Origin: Acidobacteriota bacterium
Lineage (GTDB): Bacteria > Acidobacteriota > Blastocatellia > Chloracidobacteriales > JADJPF01
Assembly: GCA_016213785.1 (NCBI GenBank)
Contig: JACQZQ010000108.1
Location: 57,270-121,269, forward strand
Reading direction: 5' to 3'
DNA: 64,000 nt
This document shows positions 20,949 to 29,751 of the stretch, piece by piece; positions within the stretch are counted from its first letter, which is position 1, and every line of letters begins with the position of its first letter. The notes beneath the pieces were generated by a model. It saw only the letters and a program-made list of their open reading frames with translations. It searched no databases and was not told where the DNA came from. The position numbers were made by a program, and so were the translations under genes.

Positions 20949-22172
20949 ATGGTTATGGTGCGTCCTTTTTGTGCTTTGCAACCTACAAAAGAACATGTTT
21001 CTGAAGTAGCAGCAGTTCCTTATGATGTGGTAAATACTGAAGAAGCACGTATACTTGCTGAAGGAAAGCCTTTTAGCTATTTACATATTTCTCGTCCAGA
21101 AATTGATTTACCTCTAGGAACTGACCTTTATAGCGATGAAGTTTATCAAAAAGGATTAGATAATTTTCGTCTTATACAAGCTCAAGCTCCTTTAATTCAA
21201 GAAGAAACCCCCTCTCTCTATCTTTATCGTTTACGTATGGGGGAGCATACTCAAACTGGGGTCGTAGGTTGTTGCTCAGTAGATGAATATGATAACAACA
21301 TAATCCGTAAGCACGAGCGCACAAGAAAAGATAAAGAAGATGATCGCACCCGTCATACAATTAACCTCAGAGCGCAAACTGGCCCAGTATTCCTTACTTA
21401 TCGTAGCCAAGATGAAATAAATAATTTAGTAAATAGTCTTACAGCTACAAAGCCACATTTTGATTTTGTTGCCCCTGATGGAGTAGTTCATACAGTTTGG
21501 AAAATCCCTAACTTTGCTGAGTTTGTAAAAGCATTTGAGTCAGTACCATTACTTTATGTGGCTGATGGTCATCATCGCTCTGCTAGCGCAAGTCGTGCAC
21601 GTGCAGCATTAAAAGCAGAAAATCCAAATCACAATGGAGAGGAAGAATATAATTACTTTCTTTCAGTGATCTTTCCAGCAGATCAGCTAAAAATTTTGCC
21701 TTATAACCGTGTAGTTAAAGACCTACATGGTCAAAGCGACTCTGATTTTATGCTTGCAGTAGAAAAAGCCTTTACCCTTACTAATGATGCGCCTGCTAGT
21801 CCTGTTAATAAAGGCGAATTTAGTATGTATATAAATAAAAAATGGTATGGACTTACTCCTAAAGAAGCTATTGATTCTACTAATGTTATAGCGTCGCTTG
21901 ACGTAAGTATTTTACAAGATCGACTCCTTGCGCCTGTGCTTGGTATTTTAGACCCTCGTACAGATAAAAGAGTTGATTTTGTTGGTGGTATTAGAGGAAC
22001 AAAAGAGCTTGAACAGCTTGTTGATAGTAAAAAAGCGGCTGTAGCGTTTTCACTTTATCCAACAACCTTGGATGATCTAATGAATATTGCTGATGCTGGG
22101 GAAATTATGCCTCCAAAATCTACTTGGTTTGAGCCAAAACTTCGTTCTGGTATGCTTGTCCATTTAATTTAA
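20949..22172 (+). CDS. DUF1015-family protein (function unknown)
   Basis: 407 aa. N-terminal VRPFCALQP...VAAVPYDVV and the ADGHHR motif are typical of DUF1015. TAGGAG lies 9-10 nt upstream of the ATG. Confidence 0.8.
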   Translation: MVMVRPFCALQPTKEHVSEVAAVPYDVVNTEEARILAEGKPFSYLHISRPEIDLPLGTDLYSDEVYQKGLDNFRLIQAQAPLIQEETPSLYLYRLRMGEHTQTGVVGCCSVDEYDNNIIRKHERTRKDKEDDRTRHTINLRAQTGPVFLTYRSQDEINNLVNSLTATKPHFDFVAPDGVVHTVWKIPNFAEFVKAFESVPLLYVADGHHRSASASRARAALKAENPNHNGEEEYNYFLSVIFPADQLKILPYNRVVKDLHGQSDSDFMLAVEKAFTLTNDAPASPVNKGEFSMYINKKWYGLTPKEAIDSTNVIASLDVSILQDRLLAPVLGILDPRTDKRVDFVGGIRGTKELEQLVDSKKAAVAFSLYPTTLDDLMNIADAGEIMPPKSTWFEPKLRSGMLVHLI

Positions 22173-22198
22173 TTACATAGAGTTATAAACAAATTCTC

Positions 22199-22251
22199 TT
22201 GATCAAAGTTGATCTTAAGATCAGCTTTGATCAAAGTTGATCTTAAGATCA
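22199..22251. repeat. Two direct copies (28-bp period) of a 25-bp unit built from GATC-centred palindromes
   Basis: TTGATCAAAGTTGATCTTAAGATCA occurs at 22199-22223 and 22227-22251. Each unit contains TTGATCAA and the 14-bp perfect palindrome TGATCTTAAGATCA. Confidence 0.85.
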
Positions 22252-22340
22252 AATCAAGCTAATTTTACATCTTTTTTTTCTCTCAAAACCTCAACATTAT
22301 GTGTAATGTACCTCCAAATTACAATTAGTAGTGTATTAAT

Positions 22341-22360
22341 TGATCGCTTTTGATCGCTTT
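22341..22360. repeat. Tandem 10-bp repeat TGATCGCTTT x2
   Basis: Read directly from the sequence. It is followed by two more GATC sites at 22376 and 22383. Confidence 0.8.
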
Positions 22361-22655
22361 TGTAGATTTTTATCAGATCATTGATCTCAAAATATTAAGT
22401 ACCTTTTAATACAATAAATAACAAACAATACCTCAGAAGCTACTTGACATAATTATTGTCTTACTATACTCTCTAGCCATACTTCAGAAAAAAAAGCAGA
22501 TCCAGTGTCATACCCTTATGACTACAGGGCTTGGTCTGTTTTCTATACTGACAAACCATATCGATCAATCTAGTATAATGTTTTCAAATAAACAGGAGGT
22601 AGCGACAGTTCTCTAAGAATTATCGTTCTAGGAGTACTTTGTCCTAAATACAATT

Positions 22656-23300
22656 ATGATGAGTTATAGAGAGGCAGCTTTAGAAATTTTACGTAAAGAA
22701 CGTCATCCAATGACGGCTAAAGAAATTATAACAGCAGCCGTTGCGGCTGGCTTATTGACTGTTGGTGGACGTACTCCTGATGCTTCTTTAGCTGGTAGAC
22801 TTTATACAGATATACAACGCAATGGAAAAAAATCAATGTTTATTCAAGTAGGGCCTAGAAAATATGCCTTACGTGAATGGTCAGATGAAAGTACAAAAGT
22901 AGAGCAACAAAACTCAAAATTAAAGAACATTCTAATGAAAGTAAGTATTAATAGCCTTTGTGAAAAGTTCTACAACTCAATTATGGCATTAGCAGAAGAC
23001 CTTCGTGCCGCTTTTATTCATGAATTACTTGCTGGAATGCGTGCTGCTGGAGCTAATGTAACCAATCATTTACTGCTTTTAGGAGTTCACTCTGGCCGTG
23101 CTGAATCTGCATCTGCTAGCGATATAGCTTTACTACTTCGCTACTATCGTATTAATCAGCCAGCAATTTTTGATGCAGCAATAAACATTATGGAAAAATT
23201 CCCTGAAGTAGCAATGTCTTTAGATGAACCCGACGCAAGATCTCTTTCATCATCCTCTTTACGTACACGTGGTCGTACTAGTGGAACTTCTAAAAAGTAA
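22656..23300 (+). CDS. HARE-HTH domain protein (214 aa)
   Basis: The N-terminus MSYREAALEILRKERHPMTAKEIITAAVAAGLLTVGGRTPDASLAGRLYTDIQRNGKKSMFIQVGPRKYALREW matches the HARE-HTH pattern (as in RpoE-delta N-domain and restriction-enzyme HTH). The C-terminal half is unassigned. No Shine-Dalgarno sequence at proper spacing. Confidence 0.7.
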   Translation: MMSYREAALEILRKERHPMTAKEIITAAVAAGLLTVGGRTPDASLAGRLYTDIQRNGKKSMFIQVGPRKYALREWSDESTKVEQQNSKLKNILMKVSINSLCEKFYNSIMALAEDLRAAFIHELLAGMRAAGANVTNHLLLLGVHSGRAESASASDIALLLRYYRINQPAIFDAAINIMEKFPEVAMSLDEPDARSLSSSSLRTRGRTSGTSKK

Positions 23301-23349
23301 TTTTTCATAGTCTTTCAATCCGTTGTTTTATACGCTTGCTTTAAAATGT

Positions 23350-23383
23350 AATAGGCACAGAAAATTAACTCTCTGTGCCTATT
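23350..23383 (+). terminator. Rho-independent terminator of the HARE-HTH gene
   Basis: AATAGGCACAG-N12-CTGTGCCTATT followed by TTATTTTC. Confidence 0.7.
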
Positions 23384-23408
23384 TTATTTTCTAAGAAAAA
23401 GTGTCTTT

Positions 23409-26400
23409 TTACTCGATCTTTATCATTAACTCAGCCATTCTTATCTTACCTTGAGTATCTTTGGCTACAAAAGTAAGTTTTTGTGTGCCAAGAGGCGCTT
23501 TCTTTTTAACCTTAAAAGAAAATTCTGCCTGATTTCCTGTGGTTGAAATCGACGGTGGGTTAGCCTTTATCTTTAATGTTTTAAGCATATTAGCATCAGG
23601 TTCAATAGTTACAGACTCATCAAATCCACCTAAGCGTAGAACTCTAGCTATAACTTGAGTTGTGTTGCCTCGTTTCACACTAATGGCTGAAGCAAAATCT
23701 AAACTAAAATCTCTAGCAACAGGAGCCATAATTATAAAATTAGAATCACTTATATCATTAGAGCTATTATTAGCAAGATCTCTAGCAATAATACGAATTC
23801 TAGCTTGACTAGTAGATAGAGACGGAACAGTCCATAAAAATTCCTGAGCTTGTCCGCTAAGCCCTGCTATTACAGTAATTGGAAAAGAGTTTCCTCCATC
23901 TGTTGAAAGTACTATCTCATGACCTACCACAACAGTATCATCGCTAGAAACCCATTTGATACTAAATTGTTTACCAGCCTCTAACTCTTCTAATCCATTA
24001 GGTGAGTTTACTCTAATCGTTGGTGGCGTAATATCAGAATTATTAACTGAGGCTATAATAAAATCTCCATCGCTAATATCACTAGCACTATTACCCATAA
24101 TATCTTTAGCAGTAATACGAATTCTAGCTTGCTCAGTAAATGTTGCAGGAACTGTCCATAAAAACTCTTGAGCCTGTCCGCTAAGCCCTGTAGCTACAGT
24201 AATTGGAAAGGTATTTCCTCCATCTGTTGAAAGTGCTATCTCATGACTAGAAAGACCAACATTATCATTAGAAACCCACTTAATAGTAAATTGGCTATTT
24301 GTTTCTAGCCTTTCTGCTCCATTAGGTAAATTTACCTTAATGGTTGGAGCAGTGTTATCAACTAAACTACTTAAATCAAGTTCATAGACACCCCTTCCAT
24401 GAGTTGCGGCTCGTAAAAGCCCTAGTCTTGTATTAATTGCTATATCAAAGACACTTACAGGGGGCATTCCAGGAAGTAGTTGCCAATTTTTTCCACCATC
24501 TAAAGTCATAAAAACCCCAATATCTGTGCCTAAAAAAAGGTTTTGTGAGTTACTAGGGTTTATCGCTAGAGCCATAGCAGGAACATCAGGCAAATTTCCA
24601 CTTATATCTTGCCAATTTCCACCTCCAGTGGTGCTCTTAAAAATATGTCCCGTTTGAAAGCCTCCAAGTGAAGCATAAATGGTAGTAGGTGAAGTAGGAT
24701 CGACTACTACATCTGAGATATACCTAGTAGGCAGATTATCAGTAACATTTTGGAACCGGCTACCATCCTGACTAGCAAAAACTGCTCCATCCGAAGAGCC
24801 TGTATAAATAGAATTAGCCCGAGTAGGCGAAACGGAAATGGCCGAGATTGCTGTTCCAGAAATACCTCTAGTTAAAGTTTCTGTAATCACTCCCCAAGTT
24901 CTACCCTGATCATTTGAACGATAAAGTCTTGAAGTTCCATAATAAACGGTATTTTGGTTATTAGGATCTAGAATAAATGGAGCATAAAAAAGAACAGGAT
25001 CAAGCCGATTAATACCCTGGCTAGCATCAACCCAAGTCCCTAGTCTACCTCCACTATCTGAGCGTCTTAGACTAACTCTAAAAAATGTATGGTACATTAC
25101 ACTAGGATTATTTTGATCAATAGCCGTAAAACCACCATCTCCATCATCTGCATGTTCCCACATTTCATTACCTAAGTACATATTAGTACCATTATCTTGA
25201 GTTCCTCCAATAGTAATTCTTGGGTTAGTAGGATGCATTGCAATGCTTTGAAATTGGGTAAGATTAAGACCTGCATTAGAGTTAGTCCAAGCTCTACCTC
25301 CATCTAAAGAAGCCCAAACACCTCCATCATTACCAACATAAATTTGTTTACCTTGGGATGAAGCATTTATTGCAATAGCATGAAAATCTGGATGCATATT
25401 TGAAAGAAGTGCTAAGTCAGTCCAACTTTGTCCACCATTCTGACTACGATAAAAACTAACCCCTCCATAATAAACTAAGTTTTCATCCTGAGGGTCAACT
25501 ACAATAATATTGTCATAAAAACACTGACATATATTACCAAACCCGCTTCTAGGTGGGTTTGAAATAACTGACCAAGTTGTACCTTTATCAGTAGACTTAA
25601 AGATTCCCTGTAAATCACCCGTACGTGAGTTTCCTACAGAGGCATAAACAACATTAGGATTAGATGGAGCAATACCAATATCTACACGCGATACGTCTTG
25701 TCTAGGAAGCCCTCCACCAACTTCTGCCCAAGTTTGGCCTGCATCAGTGGTCTTAAAAACTCCACTACTACCACTATTAAAAAAAGTCGCATAAAGGATT
25801 CTAGAATCACTAGGGTCTATTTCTATATCTGTAGCTCTAAAAGGTACTGGAGTACCAGTTCTAAGTATATTAGCCCAAGATACTCCTGCATCTGTAGATT
25901 TATAAATTCCTGGAATACCTGCTATAGGATTACGAGAGATCCCGCCCCCTACTCCAGTAGCGATTGAGGCATAAAGAATATTTGGGCTTCTACGATCAAT
26001 TACTAAATTACTAAATGAAAGCCCTATAAATGTTTCCCTAGCTAAATTAGCCCAAGTCAATCCACCATCAGTAGATTTAAGTAGTCCCATACCAAAAAAT
26101 GAATCGCCTGAAAGATTTCCTTCGCCTGTACCTACATAGATTATGTTAGAGTCATTAGGATCAAGAACTAATGCACCTACAGCTTGAGTTGGAGCATTAT
26201 CAGTCATAGGTTGCCAGCTTGCACCTGCATCAGTAGTGCGCCAAACTCCACCTTGAGCAGCGCCTAAATAAACGGTTCTAGGTTGTTTAGGATCAATAGC
26301 TAAGGAAGTAACCCGACCTGTTACCCGACTACGTTGACCAAAAGTTTGACCATTATTTACTGGGGCTGGGCCGATGGCAGTAAAACCTGAAGCCATTTTA

Positions 26401-26696
26401 GCTTCTATTTTAGGGCGATTTTTCTCTATATGTTCTAGTGCCTTAGCTCGCCAATTTACAGGAAAAGCATTAAAAGGAAATGCTCGTTGTTTGAAAAAAT
26501 ATTGACCTCGCTCTTTTGGTGAGTCTTTAAGCTCTGATTCTTTTTTAGCTTCTTTAATTTCTTTGGTGGCAGGAGTAGTTTTATTAGTTTGTGGGTCTGA
26601 TTTTGACTGCCCATTTGCTGTAATTTCAATAAATAATGAGGTTACTAAACAAGTTACTATAAAGACACATATACTAAAAAGAGGTTTTCTTAACAT
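23409..26696 (-). CDS. Secreted BNR/Asp-box repeat beta-propeller protein with tandem C-terminal Ig-like modules (1095 aa)
   Basis: Signal/anchor MLRKPLFSICVFIVTCLVTSLF. At least 9 Asp-box motifs (SxDxGxTW): TTDAGASW, STDGGLTW, STDAGVSW, TTDAGQTW, STDKGTTW, SQNGGQSW, SLDGGRAW, SNDQGRTW, TLDGGKNW. Confidence 0.8.
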   Translation of the reverse strand: MLRKPLFSICVFIVTCLVTSLFIEITANGQSKSDPQTNKTTPATKEIKEAKKESELKDSPKERGQYFFKQRAFPFNAFPVNWRAKALEHIEKNRPKIEAKMASGFTAIGPAPVNNGQTFGQRSRVTGRVTSLAIDPKQPRTVYLGAAQGGVWRTTDAGASWQPMTDNAPTQAVGALVLDPNDSNIIYVGTGEGNLSGDSFFGMGLLKSTDGGLTWANLARETFIGLSFSNLVIDRRSPNILYASIATGVGGGISRNPIAGIPGIYKSTDAGVSWANILRTGTPVPFRATDIEIDPSDSRILYATFFNSGSSGVFKTTDAGQTWAEVGGGLPRQDVSRVDIGIAPSNPNVVYASVGNSRTGDLQGIFKSTDKGTTWSVISNPPRSGFGNICQCFYDNIIVVDPQDENLVYYGGVSFYRSQNGGQSWTDLALLSNMHPDFHAIAINASSQGKQIYVGNDGGVWASLDGGRAWTNSNAGLNLTQFQSIAMHPTNPRITIGGTQDNGTNMYLGNEMWEHADDGDGGFTAIDQNNPSVMYHTFFRVSLRRSDSGGRLGTWVDASQGINRLDPVLFYAPFILDPNNQNTVYYGTSRLYRSNDQGRTWGVITETLTRGISGTAISAISVSPTRANSIYTGSSDGAVFASQDGSRFQNVTDNLPTRYISDVVVDPTSPTTIYASLGGFQTGHIFKSTTGGGNWQDISGNLPDVPAMALAINPSNSQNLFLGTDIGVFMTLDGGKNWQLLPGMPPVSVFDIAINTRLGLLRAATHGRGVYELDLSSLVDNTAPTIKVNLPNGAERLETNSQFTIKWVSNDNVGLSSHEIALSTDGGNTFPITVATGLSGQAQEFLWTVPATFTEQARIRITAKDIMGNSASDISDGDFIIASVNNSDITPPTIRVNSPNGLEELEAGKQFSIKWVSSDDTVVVGHEIVLSTDGGNSFPITVIAGLSGQAQEFLWTVPSLSTSQARIRIIARDLANNSSNDISDSNFIIMAPVARDFSLDFASAISVKRGNTTQVIARVLRLGGFDESVTIEPDANMLKTLKIKANPPSISTTGNQAEFSFKVKKKAPLGTQKLTFVAKDTQGKIRMAELMIKIE
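23727..24350 (-). repeat. Tandem duplication (2 x about 324 bp, about 100-aa modules) inside the BNR protein gene
   Basis: aa 783-883 (APTIKVNLPNGAERLE...FIIA) versus aa 891-990 (PPTIRVNSPNGLEELE...FIIM). Long near-identical DNA runs, for example GTCCATAAAAAYTCYTGAGCYTGTCCGCTAAGCCCTG at about 23830 and about 24154. Confidence 0.85.
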
Positions 26697-26905
26697 TCTA
26701 TACTCCAGTAATTCTTAATAGAAAACTTAAATAAATGATTTATAACAAGATTTTAGCTTACAATAGATTTTTTGCAAAAGATGCTAAAACTCAGGTATTT
26801 TTATATAGATCTTATATTTTCCAAAAAAGATGCTTACAAATTAGCTTAGATTCCCTAAAATAAACTCTTTGGTTTTTGCAAAAGTTTTAATTGTATTTAA
26901 GAGTT

Positions 26906-27355
26906 TTATTTTTTTATAGCAGAATCACTTATAGGAGTTTTTGGGAATTTAACGCCCAAAGCACTAGCAAAACTAGCTATACTTCCATAGACTTGAGAAA
27001 CTACTTGATTAGCAATACCTAATTTAACACGTTCATAATCTGCTGGGGTTATTTGTTGGACAAGGCTAGAGATTTTTTCATTAAAAAGAGGAGTAACTTT
27101 CCAACTAGAATTACTTAAAATATCAGCAAGTTCATCAGTTAATTTGGAGGCTTGACGAGCTGAAGCTTTACGGCTAAGGGCTACAGCTTTACTAGCAATT
27201 TGTGTAGCACATTCTGAAGCCATTTGATCTATCATCTTTTTAGAAATTTTCTTGGTTTGCAAAGGAGATAAATAATTTGTAATTACCTCTTGAGCAAACA
27301 TATCTATTTCTTGTTGAATTTCTTGAAAAGCATCAGGTTTATTTTTTTCTGACAT
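26906..27355 (-). CDS. Hypothetical protein (149 aa), helical
   Basis: Track ORF with AAGGAG 7 nt upstream of the ATG. Confidence 0.6.
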   Translation of the reverse strand: MSEKNKPDAFQEIQQEIDMFAQEVITNYLSPLQTKKISKKMIDQMASECATQIASKAVALSRKASARQASKLTDELADILSNSSWKVTPLFNEKISSLVQQITPADYERVKLGIANQVVSQVYGSIASFASALGVKFPKTPISDSAIKK

Positions 27356-27738
27356 TATTATTGGCTCCTTAACTAAAATAACCTAACATAATCTATTTTA
27401 TTTACTAGTGTCTTCTCCCTATTCTCCCAAATAGTAATAAAGTATCGTAATTATTTTTCTTAAGAATCAAACTATTATAAAAATAAATTATTTTTGAGTA
27501 TTTTATTATTCTATTATATTTTACAAAGTAGATTGCCATTATAAATGGGTAAACTTAAATTAAAAAGTATTATGTAAAAATTTTTATTGATTATTATGAT
27601 ATTTGGAAAACACAATATTAAAAATCAAAAACTTCTTATTTCTGTAACCAATATTTATTAGCCTGCGTTCCATCTAAATAAGAACTACAAATAAAATTCT
27701 CACCAAAAACATATTTTATTAATGAGGTAAAATTAATT

Positions 27739-28188
27739 ATGAAAAGAGTAACTATTTTAGTTATATTGGTATTAGTGTGTCTAACACTAGAGAGTACAAG
27801 TTTTGCAAAGCTTTCTAACAAAATAATAGAAGAGCCTTCAAACACTTCTGCAAATGAACTATCTACACAGTTTATTACTGTTGATGATCTAAGGCTTAGA
27901 TTAAGTAAGCAGGAATCTGTAATTATTTTAGATGTTCGAGGAAAAGACTATGATAGTAGTACTACAAAAATTAAAGGGGCAACAAGGGTTGCTCCTGAAG
28001 ATCTCTCAAAACACTTAAGTAGTCTACCTAAAAATAAAATGATAGTCACTTATTGTAGCTGTCCAACAGATGGTGGTTCTATAAATGCGGCTAAAACTTT
28101 AATGCAAAATGGTTTTAAGCAAGTTTATGTATTAAAAGGTGGTTGGAATGGTTGGAATGCAATTAATGGAGAAGTTGAGACTAAATAA
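27739..28188 (+). CDS. Secreted single-domain rhodanese-like sulfurtransferase
   Basis: Signal peptide MKRVTILVILVLVCLTLESTSFA. Rhodanese core VIILDVRGKDY...IKGATRV...IVTYCSCPTDGGS...VYVLKGGWNGW, with the active-site Cys loop. GAGG RBS. Confidence 0.85.
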   Translation: MKRVTILVILVLVCLTLESTSFAKLSNKIIEEPSNTSANELSTQFITVDDLRLRLSKQESVIILDVRGKDYDSSTTKIKGATRVAPEDLSKHLSSLPKNKMIVTYCSCPTDGGSINAAKTLMQNGFKQVYVLKGGWNGWNAINGEVETK

Positions 28189-28246
28189 ACTTTTTCTAAT
28201 CTTTTAGAATACAAGAGTTTCACCCAAGATATTGGTCTTAGGTACT

Positions 28247-28282
28247 AATTATGTCCATATTTTATAGGGTATGGACATAATT
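28247..28282 (+). terminator. Rho-independent terminator of the rhodanese gene
   Basis: 13-bp perfect stem AATTATGTCCATA / TATGGACATAATT, 10-nt loop, followed by TTTATTTTTTTATTTTT. Confidence 0.8.
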
Positions 28283-28297
28283 TTTATTTTTTTATTT

Positions 28298-28498
28298 TTA
28301 ATGGTTAGCTACAGGTTTATTTTCTTGAAGAGTTTGTAGCCCAACCATTTTATAACTGGTTTCTAAGTCCATTGTAGTTAAAAAAATGGGTTGTTTTGTA
28401 GGTAACACTTCGGCTGCAACAATTTTATTGACTATATTTAACACACGAATTTCCTGTTTATTAGAAATATGTTGCCAAACTTGTACTACTTTTTGCAT
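28298..28498 (-). CDS. Small hypothetical protein (66 aa)
   Basis: Track ORF with AGAGGAG 8 nt upstream of the ATG. No recognisable motif. It could be spurious. Confidence 0.4.
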   Translation of the reverse strand: MQKVVQVWQHISNKQEIRVLNIVNKIVAAEVLPTKQPIFLTTMDLETSYKMVGLQTLQENKPVANH

Positions 28499-28637
28499 TG
28501 TTTTGACTCCTCTAACATTAAGCTCTAGCTGCCTTAAACTGCTAGGTTACTTAAGAAATCGCCCTTAAATGAGGTGAAAATTAAAATGTCAAATAAGGTT
28601 CTAAAATAGTTTTTAATTTTAGAATTTACTACACAAT

Positions 28638-29639
28638 TTATTTAAATGATTCTGTTGGCAAAAAATTTTCTTTTAGATAAGTAACTGTATCATAAAGAGT
28701 TTCTCCAGGATCGCGTGCTAAAAAACCCAGTTCACGTTCTGCTTTAGTAGAATCTAGATACCAAAAATATTCTGCCATTTCTACAGAGTTAACTTCTACT
28801 GGAGGAACTTTACCCCAGTGACGATACATAGAATCAGCTATTTTTGCTCCCCAAAAAGCTACTTTTGCTGGTGTACGAAGTTTAGGAGCAGAAACTTTTG
28901 TTAGCCGCTCTAATCGTCCAAAAAACTTCTCAAATGTCCAATTAGGCCCACCCAGTAAGTAACGTTCTCCTTTTCTACCTCGCTGCATAGCATTTGCAAA
29001 AGCTACGGCAACATCTCTAACATCTACAAAGTTTAGCCCGCCTGGAGGAATTAGAGGAATATCACGTGAGAGAAATTTTAAAATATCATTAGTAGAACTT
29101 AACCTAGCATCTCCTGGCCCTAAAAGCAGGCTAGGATTAAGCATTATTAACTCTACTTTATCTGCACAAACATGGCGAGCAGTTTCTTCTTGATAAACTT
29201 TACTAGCGTAATAAGGCCAGCGAGAACAAAACTCTATAGGTGTAGGCCAAGTTTCATCAGGAATTTCTTCACCTGTTTTAGTAATTGCAATGGTTCCACT
29301 AGTTGAAGCCATTACAATTCTCTTAACACCTTCTTTTTTTGCTGCTTCACAAAGCAAGCGTGTTCCATCTATATGAATAGCATACATCTGCCTTCTATCA
29401 TCAGCATTACGAGAAACCTTTCCTGCTAAATGATAAATCTTACTTATCCCATCAACAGCTTGTTTTACTGTTTCAGAATCAGTTATAGAGCCTTTAACCA
29501 CTTCTACTGTGTTAGGAATAGATTCAGGCATTTCACTACTAATTAATATGCGTAAGTTTTTTTTGTTAGTTTTTAGCAAATAGTTTAATAGATGAGTACC
29601 TAAAAAACCTGTTGCTCCTGTAATTAGTGTCTTTGACAT
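28638..29639 (-). CDS. NAD(P)-dependent epimerase/dehydratase (extended SDR)
   Basis: ITGATGFLGTHL Rossmann motif, catalytic YxxxK (YYASKVYQE), 333 aa. Confidence 0.85.
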   Translation of the reverse strand: MSKTLITGATGFLGTHLLNYLLKTNKKNLRILISSEMPESIPNTVEVVKGSITDSETVKQAVDGISKIYHLAGKVSRNADDRRQMYAIHIDGTRLLCEAAKKEGVKRIVMASTSGTIAITKTGEEIPDETWPTPIEFCSRWPYYASKVYQEETARHVCADKVELIMLNPSLLLGPGDARLSSTNDILKFLSRDIPLIPPGGLNFVDVRDVAVAFANAMQRGRKGERYLLGGPNWTFEKFFGRLERLTKVSAPKLRTPAKVAFWGAKIADSMYRHWGKVPPVEVNSVEMAEYFWYLDSTKAERELGFLARDPGETLYDTVTYLKENFLPTESFK

Positions 29640-29751
29640 GGACAGCCCCAGGATATCTAGAATAGCTTAGTAGAATAGCACAGCAATAATTTATTTGTGG
29701 AGATATTATCCCCAAGAAATAGCAGAAAATTTATATACCTAAACCATATAC

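Noticed and set aside
22199-22386. GATC-rich repeat region as a replication origin (oriC), or as a CRISPR-like array.
   Set aside because: There is no cluster of DnaA boxes and no dnaA, dnaN or gidA nearby. The only near-consensus box I saw is a single TGTGGATAG at 2953-2961. The repeats are only two copies with a 3-bp spacer, and there are no cas genes.
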